DNA from: Leidyana gryllorum EB-2025a
Taxonomy: Eukaryota; Protista; Apicomplexa
DNA: 64,000 nt
Direction: 5' to 3'
Assembly: GCA_048772705.1 (NCBI GenBank)
Contig: JBLWGC010000216.1
Location: 124,001-188,000, forward strand
Below are positions 22,501-32,928 of this stretch, piece after piece; the stretch's first letter is position 1; every line of letters starts with the position of its first letter. The position numbers and the translations under genes were made by a program. The notes below the pieces were generated by a model. That model saw only the letters and a program-made list of their open reading frames with translations. It was not told the origin of the DNA and ran no database searches.

Positions 22501-24417
22501 TGCGTCCAATACGGTCCATCGGTCGTCTCCGACAACGTGGCTGGGAGGTTCCCAACTGAATTGATAGGAGGCATCGGTCTCATCAGAATTCTCAAACCAT
22601 CCTCGAGCCTGAGTCCAGGTGAGCGCCAAATCATAGTCGACTACGTCGTCGCACACGGCCCCAAAGTCTATAGGCTTATCGAGAGTCGAGGCCTTCTCAC
22701 CACCAGCCCACTCAACAAAGGTTCGGCCCTCTGGGGCAGTTCGGTCATAAAACATTTGTAGTTTGATGCAGTCGAGAGACCGCTCGAATCTGTTCGGTAT
22801 CACTGAGGGAGACGAGTGGTCCGCCATGATGGTGATAGAGTCTGTGTGGGTCAGCTCGGCAGGTAGCCGCCAGGTGCCTCTCTTGTAGGTATTACGCTGT
22901 TGTTTCAGACACATTCCCGCAATGAGAGAGTACAAAGCTGCCCCAAAATCAATGAGGTCGGGGTGAACAATTTCCCGATGATGCCGCCATCGTCTCAACA
23001 GGTCTCCATCGAGTGTATCGTGAAAGAGAGACGCCGGTTTATTGGTGCTCTTATCCACAGAGATACTGATATACCCAATTTCAGCGAGCGGCTTGTTGCC
23101 ATTGGGGAAGGAGTACCACCACGGAGAGTCCTTTCCGACCATCACTAAGGTCGAATCCAATCCTCGGGTCAGCGACACCATGAATTTGTGAGAATCCGTT
23201 GGGACGCGACCCCACAGCACCGACTCAACCTCGACGATCAGTTGGTCCATACACGAACTCCACCAGTTCACCTCTTCCGACTTGTCGATATCGTCAAAGG
23301 AATGCATCAACTCATACAGATCGGCTTGCGGAGGCACATCACTCCATTCACCGTTTTCATTCATGAGATCGGTCCAATCCTCGCTGTTCAACAGGTTGCT
23401 GATAGCCTCTGCGCCCGAACTCCACTGGCCAGAGAAACGATCACAGCGTCCACGATTGAGCGCTAATGTCAATGAGGCCGATAAACCCGCACGTTCCCAC
23501 GCCGCAACTATCGGTATGAAAGCTGATCGGAATGCAATGGCCAAAGCGGGATTTTCAAGTGGGTTGGCGACGAGATTCATAGAGATTGGCCGATGTCCAC
23601 AAGTCTCAATGAGTTCGTCATACTCGCCAGGCAGGGGCTCGGGAGGTACCGGCGAGGTGTTCCGACACTGCAGCCCGAACGCTGGGCCGAGATCATCCAG
23701 CCAAGCATCTTCACCTGATGGCGTGTAGGTAGTGACGACTGCATCACCGTCGAGACCCAGTGCCCATACACGTCTCTTCCAGGCCAGCGCGCGACGTTCC
23801 TTCCCGTCGTCGCTGGAATGCGTTGGGACGCCAATAACCATTACATTGTTTCGTTGAGTGATGAGAGTTGTGATGTGATCTTTTTGTTCTTTGGTCGGAT
23901 ATGGAGGCAGAGTGGTTGCCATGACAAAGAGGGCGGCATTTTCTGGTAGAGTACTCAGAGCCCTGAATGTTTCAATGATCACTTCCCATAAAGGAGACTG
24001 TTCTTCCTCAAAGTCCCGGGTGGCGTCATATGGAGTCGCACGTTCCCAGGTGGATGGGTCGCTCAGATGGCTGCCGAACAGTTGATTGTAATAGTCACGT
24101 GTAAGGCCGGTTTCGCACGGGCTCTGGATCTCCTGGTAGAATCCGGGGCAGCAGGGATAGGAACTCGTGTATACGATGCTGCGAGATCCATCGCGGTGAA
24201 AGTGACTCAGTGTATAAAACAAAGGTGGCAGTACCGTTAGAGCATCGGTTCTCAGTTGGTCGCCAACACACCCCAAACCAAGTTCGTTGTTAATACCTGT
24301 CTCTTGCACTACAATCATGTGTCTTCCCAGCAGCTCGCATGAGCCAATGTCGACATCTTCATCACTCCTCCCGAAACCACCAAATAGAGAGAATAACAAC
24401 AACAAAGTACTGAACAT
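16504..24417 (-). CDS. giant surface mucin/adhesin, 2,637 aa: signal peptide, tandem vWA-like domains, Thr-rich stalk, Cys-rich PSI-like domain, hydrophobic (GPI-like) tail
   Basis: Single ORF starting MFSTLLLLFSLFGG; ~900 aa of (T)TTEEP repeats; CGACSAEPGCFWC motif; ends LMALTATTLLAGGVMVF with no cytoplasmic tail. Confidence 0.88.
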   Translation of the reverse strand: MFSTLLLLFSLFGGFGRSDEDVDIGSCELLGRHMIVVQETGINNELGLGCVGDQLRTDALTVLPPLFYTLSHFHRDGSRSIVYTSSYPCCPGFYQEIQSPCETGLTRDYYNQLFGSHLSDPSTWERATPYDATRDFEEEQSPLWEVIIETFRALSTLPENAALFVMATTLPPYPTKEQKDHITTLITQRNNVMVIGVPTHSSDDGKERRALAWKRRVWALGLDGDAVVTTYTPSGEDAWLDDLGPAFGLQCRNTSPVPPEPLPGEYDELIETCGHRPISMNLVANPLENPALAIAFRSAFIPIVAAWERAGLSASLTLALNRGRCDRFSGQWSSGAEAISNLLNSEDWTDLMNENGEWSDVPPQADLYELMHSFDDIDKSEEVNWWSSCMDQLIVEVESVLWGRVPTDSHKFMVSLTRGLDSTLVMVGKDSPWWYSFPNGNKPLAEIGYISISVDKSTNKPASLFHDTLDGDLLRRWRHHREIVHPDLIDFGAALYSLIAGMCLKQQRNTYKRGTWRLPAELTHTDSITIMADHSSPSVIPNRFERSLDCIKLQMFYDRTAPEGRTFVEWAGGEKASTLDKPIDFGAVCDDVVDYDLALTWTQARGWFENSDETDASYQFSWEPPSHVVGDDRWTVLDALAHEAEKLPKGAFLVLFTHSPPPKWVGDQRVVKRLRDRIFHGEIRLLIRIPQDLATNAVRNDWREFLYRWNIDGLPVVDGYNPSGYQIWHSTVQRVSQVLALSPRVRAHDLMVPYREIAEICDLRLTIPTFYTLDRRSGTATRMLGFAGRQAVIGWREQRKYPSLWETWYIVSRGADTYCYMIYPARQFENVIPSYLYQMTHASPEVAGSDWKMSVRNNDTTLTQDFEAETALYEAGHRAGEDYGILQCLAYNMDIQIQGRAGMVFMTFDQPGDYDRNIFAANINTVLNSAAAHISIAQWGVDPTYTFSGREIKDSLPRLTNNHPRFHTDLFSQSFVEYPRWLNYKIIQSCDAEFLPSPGFVWDPIVNLCPNRKGAMNTEKPPSSSIHLMLDQSRWRLDSLLTCLRKQMAVDTSTLTKSLSMTHLTSEGGDVIRGSPGTWDQLDWSGVPISLQCGHRSDDDYAAALGEGDPNWLAKQDYPTPEIDWSNSNDDAQDHPFWIELQRIFLEQTDLTPEEGWVLIFTSHDPPPVNQHVYDLLRRITDAIYDRNVHLVIAVPYASTNNPLTAHPTHWFNWSHILWQVGLDAAVIIKPINPTGFNVWEFTAQAALRNCRHHIPREAETLPVAHPRKLPQQRRLTPTDDTPRSRHGDVIDSCTPRDKLDIVVLGDWTKRPHIARYIRHAIQILRFDLLPFDIRHKTLWVADDQETCVEPTHFGFLDLWHDDQIVDPDKHFGLPVDLLRDHDLNIRTFDDEMLAASNLSQDKSSDHSNLHQCASNLIDTNWRSGDDVLRVAVFVANEGPNQSIDTTQLLEHFRANQVKPITLLTALSEDERVAGSANAVAWKNLFAAIPNRSAVNIATSGRNLLHQLYHSIIEVCDDVTTTTEEPTTTTEAPTTTTEGPTTTTEEPTTTTEAPTTTEEPTTTTEAPTTTTEEPTTTTEEPTTTTEAPTTTTEEPTTTTEELTTTTEEPTTTTEEPTTTTEEPTTTTEAPTTTEEPTTTTEEPTTTTTEPTTTTEAPTTTEEPTTTTEEPTTTTEEPTTTTEAPTTTEEPTTTTEEPTTTTEAPTTTEEPTTTTEEPTTTTEALTTTEEPTRTTEEPTTTTEAPTTTEEPTTTTEEPTTTTEEPTTTTEEPTTTTEEPTTTTEAPTTTEEPTTTTEEPTTTTDVPTTTTEEPTTTTEAPTTTGELTTTTEEPTTTTEEPTTTNEEPTTTTEEPTTTTEVPTTTTEEPTTTTEAPTTTKELTPTTEEPTTTTEEPTTTEEPTTTTEEPTTTEEPTTTTEELTTTTEEPTSTTEEPTTTTEEPTTTTEEPTTMTEEPTTGTEESTTTTEEPSTTTTEEPTTTTEEPTTTTEEPTTTTEEPTTTTEEPTTVTEEPTTTTEEPTTGTEEFTTTTEEPSMTSEEPTTTTATEEPTTATEESTTATEESTNGTEESTTTTEEPSTTPEEPTTATEEPTTTTEEPTTTTEEPTTTTEEPTTTTEEPTTTTEEPTTVTEEPTTGTEESTTTTEEPSTTTTEEPTTTTEEPTTTTEEPTTATEEPTTTTEEPTTGTEEFTTTTEEPSMTSEEPTTTTATEEPTTMTEEPTTGTEESTTTTEEPSTTTTEEPTTTTEEPTTTTEEPTTATEEPTTTTEEPTTGTEEFTTTTEEPSMTSEEPTTTTEEPTTTTEEPTTGTEEPSTPSEEPTTTNEEPTTTTEEFTRSTEEPASSTEETTEINTEKLTTVAEETTEVATEEPTTVTVTDETTETTNTEEPTTMSEELPTTLEEPTETSEEPTTATEASMTGPEEPRTSATDTTEVTIWEESTSSEGMTTETDDFSEETTSMPMGSWTVSMSSVFTSRSEEMTLSEDYGGSETVWLTGTTTMWSNATITSSDWETSSSSYYKGSTLLTTLSLDEHFTPEGNYSGFVTPSYSMSSMLTSDLMSTDSGLVSPQCSLKRTCGACSAEPGCFWCLNPNYEMGCQTADRCAVLWRTSTCGSQSVLKHSLMALTATTLLAGGVMVF
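17140..19860 (-). repeat. coding minisatellite (18/21-bp units encoding TTTEEP/TTTTEEP)
   Basis: More than a hundred units are visible, with higher-order duplicated blocks such as two near-identical ~240-bp blocks starting at 17542 and 17803. Confidence 0.95.
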
Positions 24418-24455
24418 TGAGTTTCAAGCACGAAGGAATGATCAAAAAGTCCAGG

Positions 24456-27400
24456 TCAAATCTGTTGACTGACTAAAGAGGGTCGTCGACGGGCTCTCCC
24501 GAGTGCAATTAAATCCTCCTCACGGATTCCTCCTTCCTCACTGATAGGAGCGTCCATCTGCAACGATGGAGGGATCCGTGCCTCGCTCAGGTTGTAGTAC
24601 TGCCCGGTGAAATCCAATCTGTTAAGCAGCTTGGTGCTATGGGACCCGTATGATCGCCGACTCAGATCCACCATATGGCTCATAAACTCTGCCAAATGCT
24701 TAGCCGACACTTCCTTCAACGCCATCAGGTACTCTCTATACGAATCACCAGACAGAGTTCTAACGGCTTCTGCACACACAAAGGCAACACTGCGCCCGTT
24801 CTGCCGAATCTTCGTCGGCACTGCATGTGCAGTACCCAGAGATCTGCCACGAGCATTCTCCTTTCCAACACACCAACAACAACAACTCACCCCAGAAAGT
24901 CGTACGCTCGCACGAACAAAGTGCAATCGTTTACCATCCGCAGCATTAACGTCAGACTTTCGCTCTGTCGGCAAAGAGAGAGTCAAATCAGTCAGTGTGT
25001 GGGTCGGCTGTACACTCACATCGGTCAGGAAGAATTGGTACATAATGCTGTACAGCGTTTTATGGTGGAGATCTGCGAGTTCCTGGAGAGACTGAACTTT
25101 GGTGCTGGCAGCACGGAACTCCTCAATCGCCGGTTCCAGGACCTCCTCTGTCATATAAGTGAGAAGATTGGTGATGAGAGGCGCGACATCTTGACGGAAT
25201 TGCATCAACTCCAAAAGGATAGTGCTCTGTTCCTCTTTGGGCAAAAGTCTGTCGTACCGATATATCAGACTCAGATCTCTCCACAACAAGGCCAAATGTT
25301 TCTGTGACACAGTCACAGCAAACAGTAACCGAAAGATGTTCTGGAGAGCGACAATAGTCTTCATATCAAAGAACTGCGCCACTCATTATGAATGCTCGGC
25401 AACGCCATCGATCAACTCACGATTTGGAGCGGCCACGGCAAGTCCACAAAGTAGGTCAGATGGTGAGCGGCAATCGTGCCCTTCGGCGGCAAGTCCGACA
25501 TCATCCCGTGCAGTCTCCACCACGTAGGAGCGTTGGCCATGAACGGTTTCCGGGGAGACTGCATCAATTTCAGCTCAGTGAAGTATCTGACGAGGGCCAA
25601 GTCGGCAGCATTAGTCTCAATGCCCGACTCCTTTACAAACCCCAGAATTGTGGGAAAGTAGACGGACTCTCTGAAATCACTCTCCATTCGGCTCTGAGGT
25701 GCCGCGAACGCTCGAGGGTCAGTACTCCGTCGACCCTTAGTGTTGGCAACAATGGCACTCTGAGCGCCAATATCCACACCACCCGGACCATCACGAGGTT
25801 TCCACACTGGATCACACCACCTCGACATTGTCTGCGAAACTCGTTGTCAAATGGAGACAGACAGAGGGAGGGGGCGATGAACGGTCGGGGCACTCACGAG
25901 TATCGAAATTTGACTGTTCGAAAGAGACACAGAGTCGCGGTAAATGTCAGAGTGTACTGTGGAGGACCGAATGGCTTTGGCAAACTTGGCGGACAACGCC
26001 TCCATATTGGGGAACTTTGATGCCAAATCTTCTTCGGCTAACTCGAGAAAGTCTCCAACGAGATCCGACCTGCAGCGAGCGGAGGAGAGTGGTCGAAAAG
26101 TTGATCGATTGTTCTGCCGACTACTGCTCACTGAGTCATAAAGTAGAATGTGTGTGCAGACTTTATACGCCCGGCCAGATCACACTTCTCCACCAGCCTG
26201 CTATACAGTACCATCTGACTGTAGCTGGATATCTTGTCAACCTGAGCGAGCGCATTGGGGCTCTCAAACTGTATATGTTCGAATTGAAAGTCACGTCTGC
26301 ATGCCGCATATTCTTCCTCTGGTAACCAGTGTTTCAAAGTGTGCCACACACGCCCACAGAGACAGATCTGCAAATGGCGCCCAGTATTGGAGGGACCGCT
26401 AAGAGTCAGCGTTACCTTCTCGGCAACCGATCTGAAAGGTGAGGGTACTCGGCTTTCGACCAGCGTGTAAGCGTGATCCCAATAGAGAAGTCGTTTCAAA
26501 GGGGTGTCGAGTTTGGTCAGTCTCGGGTCAGTCACAATGAAGAATTCGCCCCGAGGGTCGTCCAGAACGCCCTAAATATGTGGCATCGATGGCAAAGGGA
26601 ACTAACTCTCCGTGTCGCACACTAACCTCATAGATCCATTCATTCAGCATTTGCTCAAAGGGCTGAGCGGTGGCGAATATGATGAAGCTGGCCACCGCCC
26701 GGAGAGACGGATTAGACCCGTATTCCAACTTTACTGTCCTCAGAACGTCCATAAGATCCAAACCCTGAACATTGTATGTCATTCGCGCCAACTGACACAG
26801 GAGATTTAACGCTGGTCTGAGAAGGGATCAAAGGATGAAAGAAGATCAGTTTCGTCTCACTTGGCTTCATGGAGGCTCGACCACAGCTTCTGTAACGTCA
26901 AAGCGCCATTGCTGTTCCACGCATCCAACTCGGCAGTCCTCGTCTGACAAAATAAGTGCCCAGTCGCCCAAGTTTCTCTCACCTCCAACTCCTTCAAGAT
27001 ATATTTCATCGCAGATCCCAGTGCCTCGTTCGTCCGCGTTGAAGGCGCGAGCAAATGGTGTTCAGCGACATGACGAATCAACTGAACAGTTGGCAAATGC
27101 TCACAGGCGAGGCCGCCGACGCCGAAGAGCTCACCGAGACTTGGTGTACAATGTCCATTATCTTGTCGCACATCTGCCCAGTTGAAAAGGGCCCATTACG
27201 TCAATCAACAAACACAAAGCTCCACCTCACCTTACGCAGCGACTCGTCGAGCCGTGTTACGCTCTCAAAGTTGTTGGTGACATCGCGAGGTCCTTGCGGC
27301 TCAGACACGCCTCGAGGTGGGGTGATGGCATCAGTACCCAAACATTGGACAAAGGTTTTGTACTCGTGAGAGAATCTCGGACACTCAGCCGGCTCTGCGA

Positions 27401-28837
27401 GTTTTCGCTTCAACACCACATAGTCACTCGGGACCATAGGCTTCTCGGTCCGGGGAATTTCTACACACACACATATATACACACTGCTTGGGGGACTGTG
27501 GAGGGGGAACTTACTTTCGGGCACTATGTGAGACTCCATCGTGGGAAAAGTCGTCTTGAGAGTGATGAACTCTCCAGAGACACCAAAGAGACAGTGTATA
27601 CAGTCCATCACCAACAGGATCTCTTGGACACTCAGCTGATGGTCAGCAAGTAGAGGTACTGACGCTCACTGGCCTTACGTCGACTGCTCCCTCTTCGGTC
27701 AACAGCACACTCAAAGCCTCGGGACTGTATTCTGTTGTGGAGGAGAAGAGACTCGGCTGAACCGATTCGACTGTGAGGCAGTTGATGGAAGCTGCAAGTC
27801 AAAAGCTCACTGGGGGCGGGAACCGTTGCATCACACATGAGATGGGCATCCCAGTGGGGTGTTCGTGGCTGCGCCGTGATAATGTCGAGATTCCAACAAT
27901 CCGAGGCCATATCTGAGAAAAGAAGGGTACGCGGGGACTCCAGTAATCACCGACAGCCTCACCAAACAGTGGGGGGTCAGAGTAGCGTAGGGCAGCACCA
28001 ACTTCGGTGTCCACAGTCAGAGCACCTCGACCATTCGACCACAACAGACAAACTGCACGCAATTTGTGTCCGCTACAGAACTCTGACGCACCCGGATCCT
28101 TCGAGGTGATCAATCCTCGATTCCTGGGATCAACAGGGTTCACAAGAATCCACTCCGGCAATCTCTCGTTGTTGGCCAGCAGTTGTTGCAAATCCTTCAA
28201 GACAACCCGAGGCTGTTCTCCCACCAAGTTGCCAAACTCCAGAGTGAGAACATAACGAGTCCCGCCAAAGGAGTCTGCTTGGCAAATCATCACAGATTCA
28301 AAGAACGTCACAAAGTCGCCGAGCTCTTTGTCTCTGCCTTCGTCAGTAGTTACACCCGGAAGAACGGCCATCTCGCACCCCCAACCGAGACTGCTGAACC
28401 ACACACGCTCAGCCCGCTGAATAATGGCACGATTCTCCCCCATATCTTCTTGGAGCATGGAACGTTTGAGCAGATCAACATGGATGTGTCCGCTGCCAAC
28501 GCGTGTATCCCGCGATCTGTAGCCTTCTCGCACACGCTGCACATCCACATCCTTCGATTCAGTTCCCAAGTCGTTCGGAACACCCTGGTACTCATTTACC
28601 CGACAGCCCAATAATAGGCCTCGGTCGAAACAGCTTCTGATATTCACCTACAGCGCTGCCATGTGAAATACCACATGACTCAAGCACACTAACTTGCAGG
28701 CCGTAACGCAATGCCCCTTTGGGAGGTGGGCCGCATGGTTCGCATATGATGACATTCGACGGGGAATCGGGCTCTTTGGTTGCTTTGCTTGGGTTTCGAA
28801 ACAGTACATCTGCATGTGATTGACTAACTAATCGCAT
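24456..28837 (-). CDS. GCP2: gamma-tubulin complex component (Spc97/GCP2-like), multi-exon; 5' end uncertain
   Basis: Exon fragments LLVMDCIHCLFGVSGEFI, AQPFEQMLNEWIYE, YWDHAYTL..VPSPF.SVAEK, YNLIFRLLF-like and LLNRLDFTGQYY match Spc97/Spc98 motifs. The ORFs at 27800-28837 may be its N-terminus or a separate gene. Confidence 0.72.
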
Positions 28838-28856
28838 ATTTCTATCTACAATACAA

Positions 28857-30764
28857 TTATCTGAGCATAGAAGGAGTACAACTTTCACACCACCAACGGA
28901 AAGCGTCTATTTCAGGCGATTGGACGCAGGCAGCGCTGAGCGCACACGCGTGCGAACAGATGTGAGCGGAATTGAGATCGAACCTAGTTGGGAGAGCAGC
29001 CATCGCTTCCGGCGGAATCAGCATAGATAGCATGCTAACGATCATTGGGTATGATCGCTGAATTTCCTTGATGAACCATTCATCCGGCACATCGACAGTG
29101 GTGTTAAGGCGCTGGCGTCTCATGGCTCGGTAATCAACATTCAGCTGAAGTATTTGTGTTACTTGGCGCTCTCCGGACAACTTACGAGAATCTGGCTCGG
29201 ATTTTCAACGTAGTAGTCCCTTCCGACTTTGGAAAACGCGCCCGCATGAACAATGTTCGAGCGGAAGTCAGAGTTACACCGGGGAAACCCGTACTTTGAG
29301 TTACCTTCGAAACAGGGGAAGTGGTGTAGGCCGTCGTTCATATCTGTGATATGTCGGCTGTTCACCAGTTTGCGATAGACATCCACTTGTTTGCGATTGA
29401 ACATCCGAAGCGGGGCAAAGAAGACTCCATTGATCTGTGGAGAGCAATCTTCAGTCTTCAAGCGCTCGGCGACCGCCAGAGAGAGGATTTGACCGACTGA
29501 ACCGCCCAATGAATGGCCGAAGAAAGTGATTGTTGTGTCATCGCAGCCACAACCTGCAGCGGCAGTTTCACGCTGCAGGACACTGATCAACGGAGGTAGA
29601 AGGGCACTGACAAAGCTAAGGACGCCAGAGTGGGTACCATTGACGAGAGGGTCGTCATTCCGAGCGAGATCAAAGGCGGTGGTCCATTCGTGCAACGTTT
29701 TGCTGCCGCGAGTGCCGATTGCGAATTCACAGTTGGCCGATTTCCGCTGAAAGAAGAGAGCATATGGAGTATATTCAGGCTCGTCAGCTCGCATTCCGAA
29801 TTCTAAGTGGCGACAGATGGTGCTAAGTCTCAAGTTTCCAGAGCCTACCAGGAGGTGCTAGCTCAATGGCATTGAACATTTGTACAACCTTCCAGCCGGG
29901 CAGTATGTTGGTGGCTGCTAGTGCTGGTTCGGCACATTGGGTGTGGTCGTGATCTAAGCGCGCCAGGTGACTCAGCATTTGATTCGCACGATACAAAGTT
30001 AGGTAAGTGAGAAGTTCTTTCTGTCGCACAGCATCGGGGATGTAATGTGGCATGTGATCAAGCCTCTCGAGAGTTAGCGGCATGTCAACCGATGGATCAT
30101 TGAAGTGAAAAGCTTGCAAGCCCGCTTGAGCTTGAAAAGTGGAAGGCGACGGTTGACAGATTGCTCCGTCAGGAAGCCTCTTAATTTCAACGGGACCCTC
30201 GATACACACTGGAGAGGATTCGTCGGAAGTACTGGCAGGTTCGTCCAGAACCACTGCCCCGCAGGCGACCACAGTCTGTACCAAGTCAATTAATGCGCAG
30301 GATATTGGTGAACGATCGCGCAGCTCTTTTGAAAACACTGCTTCAGCGTCAACGAGCCGACACAACCGTTCAGAATAGGTCTCAAGTTTATCAGTGTGAG
30401 CCATCATTGCTACGTCATCTCCGGTGCCACTCAGTACCAAATCGCTAACTAAAGGAGCAATGCTCATCATGGTTTGCAGGGGAGATATAGGCATCTCATC
30501 CATTTTCGTCGCATACAAATCACTGAGTCCATCTCGAGCGTGATCCTGCGGGATGCCAAAGTACTCATTCTTGATCATATCAACCACATAGGGAGGAATT
30601 TGAGAAGTCATCAATGTCGAAGCTATTCTCTGAATTGAGGGGACCAGCCCCTGGGTACACCATTGCATACTTCGCCATAAACCCAATGTTTCGGGTATCT
30701 CCACATAGGTCACTTCAGTTGCACTCGTCGCAGACACAAGCAGCCAAGCAGCAAACGTGAACAT
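28857..30764 (-). CDS. secreted class 3 lipase, 3 exons (introns 29803-29848, 29145-29185)
   Basis: Signal peptide MFTFAAWLLVSATSA; GTRGS, THSG and FFGHSLGG nucleophile elbow; in-frame GT-AG joins. Confidence 0.85.
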
Positions 30765-30948
30765 TGAGAAGTGTGCGTGAACGAAAACGACTCAAGGTAA
30801 AAATTCAACTGCAATTTTCTGTGTCGTCTGCGAATGAAAACAAGTCAGTGTTGATATGGGATTGTCCTCAAGACACCAGCGGAAGCATTTGGTCCTGTGC
30901 GGAAAATCGTCCTCGGTTCGCACCTCCTGCAGCGCTACTTCAAGCAGG

Positions 30949-32890
30949 ATGAGTCCTTCCACTCCAACTACGGCGCCTCCCTCATCACCCATAGAACCCT
31001 CGTCCCCGGTCGAGGCGGAGGCACCAACTGGAATGATTGAAGGTTTCAAAAAAAAAGCTTGAACACCTTGGAGTACTTTGACCTGACGTTCCTGCCCCTT
31101 ATCGCCGTTCTGAGCCGAAAGCCGAGCAGTCTGGTACTCCTTGTCGATGGCGCTACCTATTTTCCCAACGATGAAGTTAACGGGAAAGGCCAGCGACCGA
31201 TTGTTGTCAAGTTATTTGCCTCCAAGGTTGCTGCAATCGATCGGGCGAAAACGTTAGTACAGGTATGCCGCGTCTCTCTCTCTCCACACCGCGGACACAC
31301 GTGTTTGATATCTATTCAGTTTGAGGATCTATGCACCGAAAGTGATTTAGATCGCCCTGATCGGCTATTCCACCGCGAGTTGGTGTTGTTGTCACGCTGT
31401 CAGGGTGAGGAGTCAGGTCGTGATGGAGTGGTGACACTGCTGGGTTGGGGCATTGCTGAGAACTATCAAGGCGTTATTGTTGAGGCACTTGGTGGACCCA
31501 ATTTACTCGAGTTCCTGGTGCGCGGTCTCGAGTCACCTAGCTCTCCCAAGAAGAATCAGACCGCAGTTGTCTCTCCTCCTCCTTATTTACAGCTACTTTT
31601 CAGGCTTCACTGGGCCCATCAGGTGAGTTTTTGACGAGATACTATCTATTTGTCCGGTGTTGTTGGATGCGTAATGCAATGCGGCAACCCAGGGTTCTTG
31701 ACTTGGTGTTGAATGGCCAAACTGTGCTCTGTCTTATGCTTCACTCGAATTTTCCTGCAGCTTGCTACGATTGTTAGTAATGTGCACAAACGTGGTGTTA
31801 TCCATCGTGATATTCGATCGGAGAATTTCGCTTTTCGGAGTCCGCCGACATTGAAATCTTTCGGTCAATTGGTGCTGTTCGATTTCGATGGAGCGACTTA
31901 TCAGCGACGGCATGTGGATGAGGTGAAGCCGTTGAAGCACCGGCCTCCCGCTTCCGTTGAGATATCAATTCATTCTCACTTTGTTGAGTCACTGTTGGAG
32001 GGGCAAGTATTTTCTGACATTCCGGGCAAACGTCCGTGCCTCCATTGGCCAATATGCCCCCCAACAGCGACCGGCAGTAATCCGGGATCGCATACGGAAG
32101 CTCCCGAAATGACATATTGCCAAGGTAGCGCATCTTGTCCTCAGGGATGTGCGGCGGAGCGCCAGCAAGTGCGTGCAGCTCTTCGCAGTCAGAATAAGAC
32201 GTTTGGCTCGTCGACTGGCGATCTCGATATCGCGGCTCGTGAAGAGTTATGTTCCTGTCCTCTGTGCGAATGTCATGAAGCCCGTGTCGATGTCTGGCAC
32301 TTGGGCACTCTGCTGGCCCAACTATTTAGTGCCCACGATAACGCCGCCTCTTCGGCTGGAGCAGGGCGGGTTGTGACTTGTGCGACCTGTTTCCAGGTGA
32401 GCTGACGACTGTCTACGGGCGTGAACTGTTGTTCATGCTGGTTATATTTCAGCGTTTGCCCTGGACATTGAGGTCATGGGACGAGTGGTGTGACAGCGTG
32501 GAAGGATTGATCGATCTGGCAACTTTGGAAGTACTGAATTTTTCGGCCGTGCCAGCGAACTTGCCGGCTAAATGGCATGAGTGCCCTGTGTTTGCTAAGA
32601 GCAGTATGCATTTGTCTGACCATGTGCAACCGCACCGTCATGCTGCTCCCAAAGGCGCAGCAACGAGGCTTTTTACAAGCCGTTGGGAGTGGAATGAGAT
32701 ATCTGAGAGAATACGCGAGCAGCTCGTGGCTTTGCTGCACTCGATGACTTCGTTGAATGCCGAGGAACGCCCAAGCGCAGTGTTTGTCGAGGAGGCCTTG
32801 AAGTCAATGTTTATGTCGGTGTACGACTTTTTGGCTCGTAGCCACTTGCCCGTTCCCTTCATACGAGATGCAAAGCTGGAATTGAGTTGA
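30949..32890 (+). CDS. divergent protein kinase, multi-exon; -1 frame break at A9 run 31048-31056
   Basis: IVVKL, HRDIRSEN, DFDG, EAPE, DVWHLG and ERPSA motifs; the Gly loop is degenerate. Confidence 0.7.
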
Positions 32891-32928
32891 GATAGCTCTG
32901 TACTCTCTGCGTCCCAATATTTGCCGTT

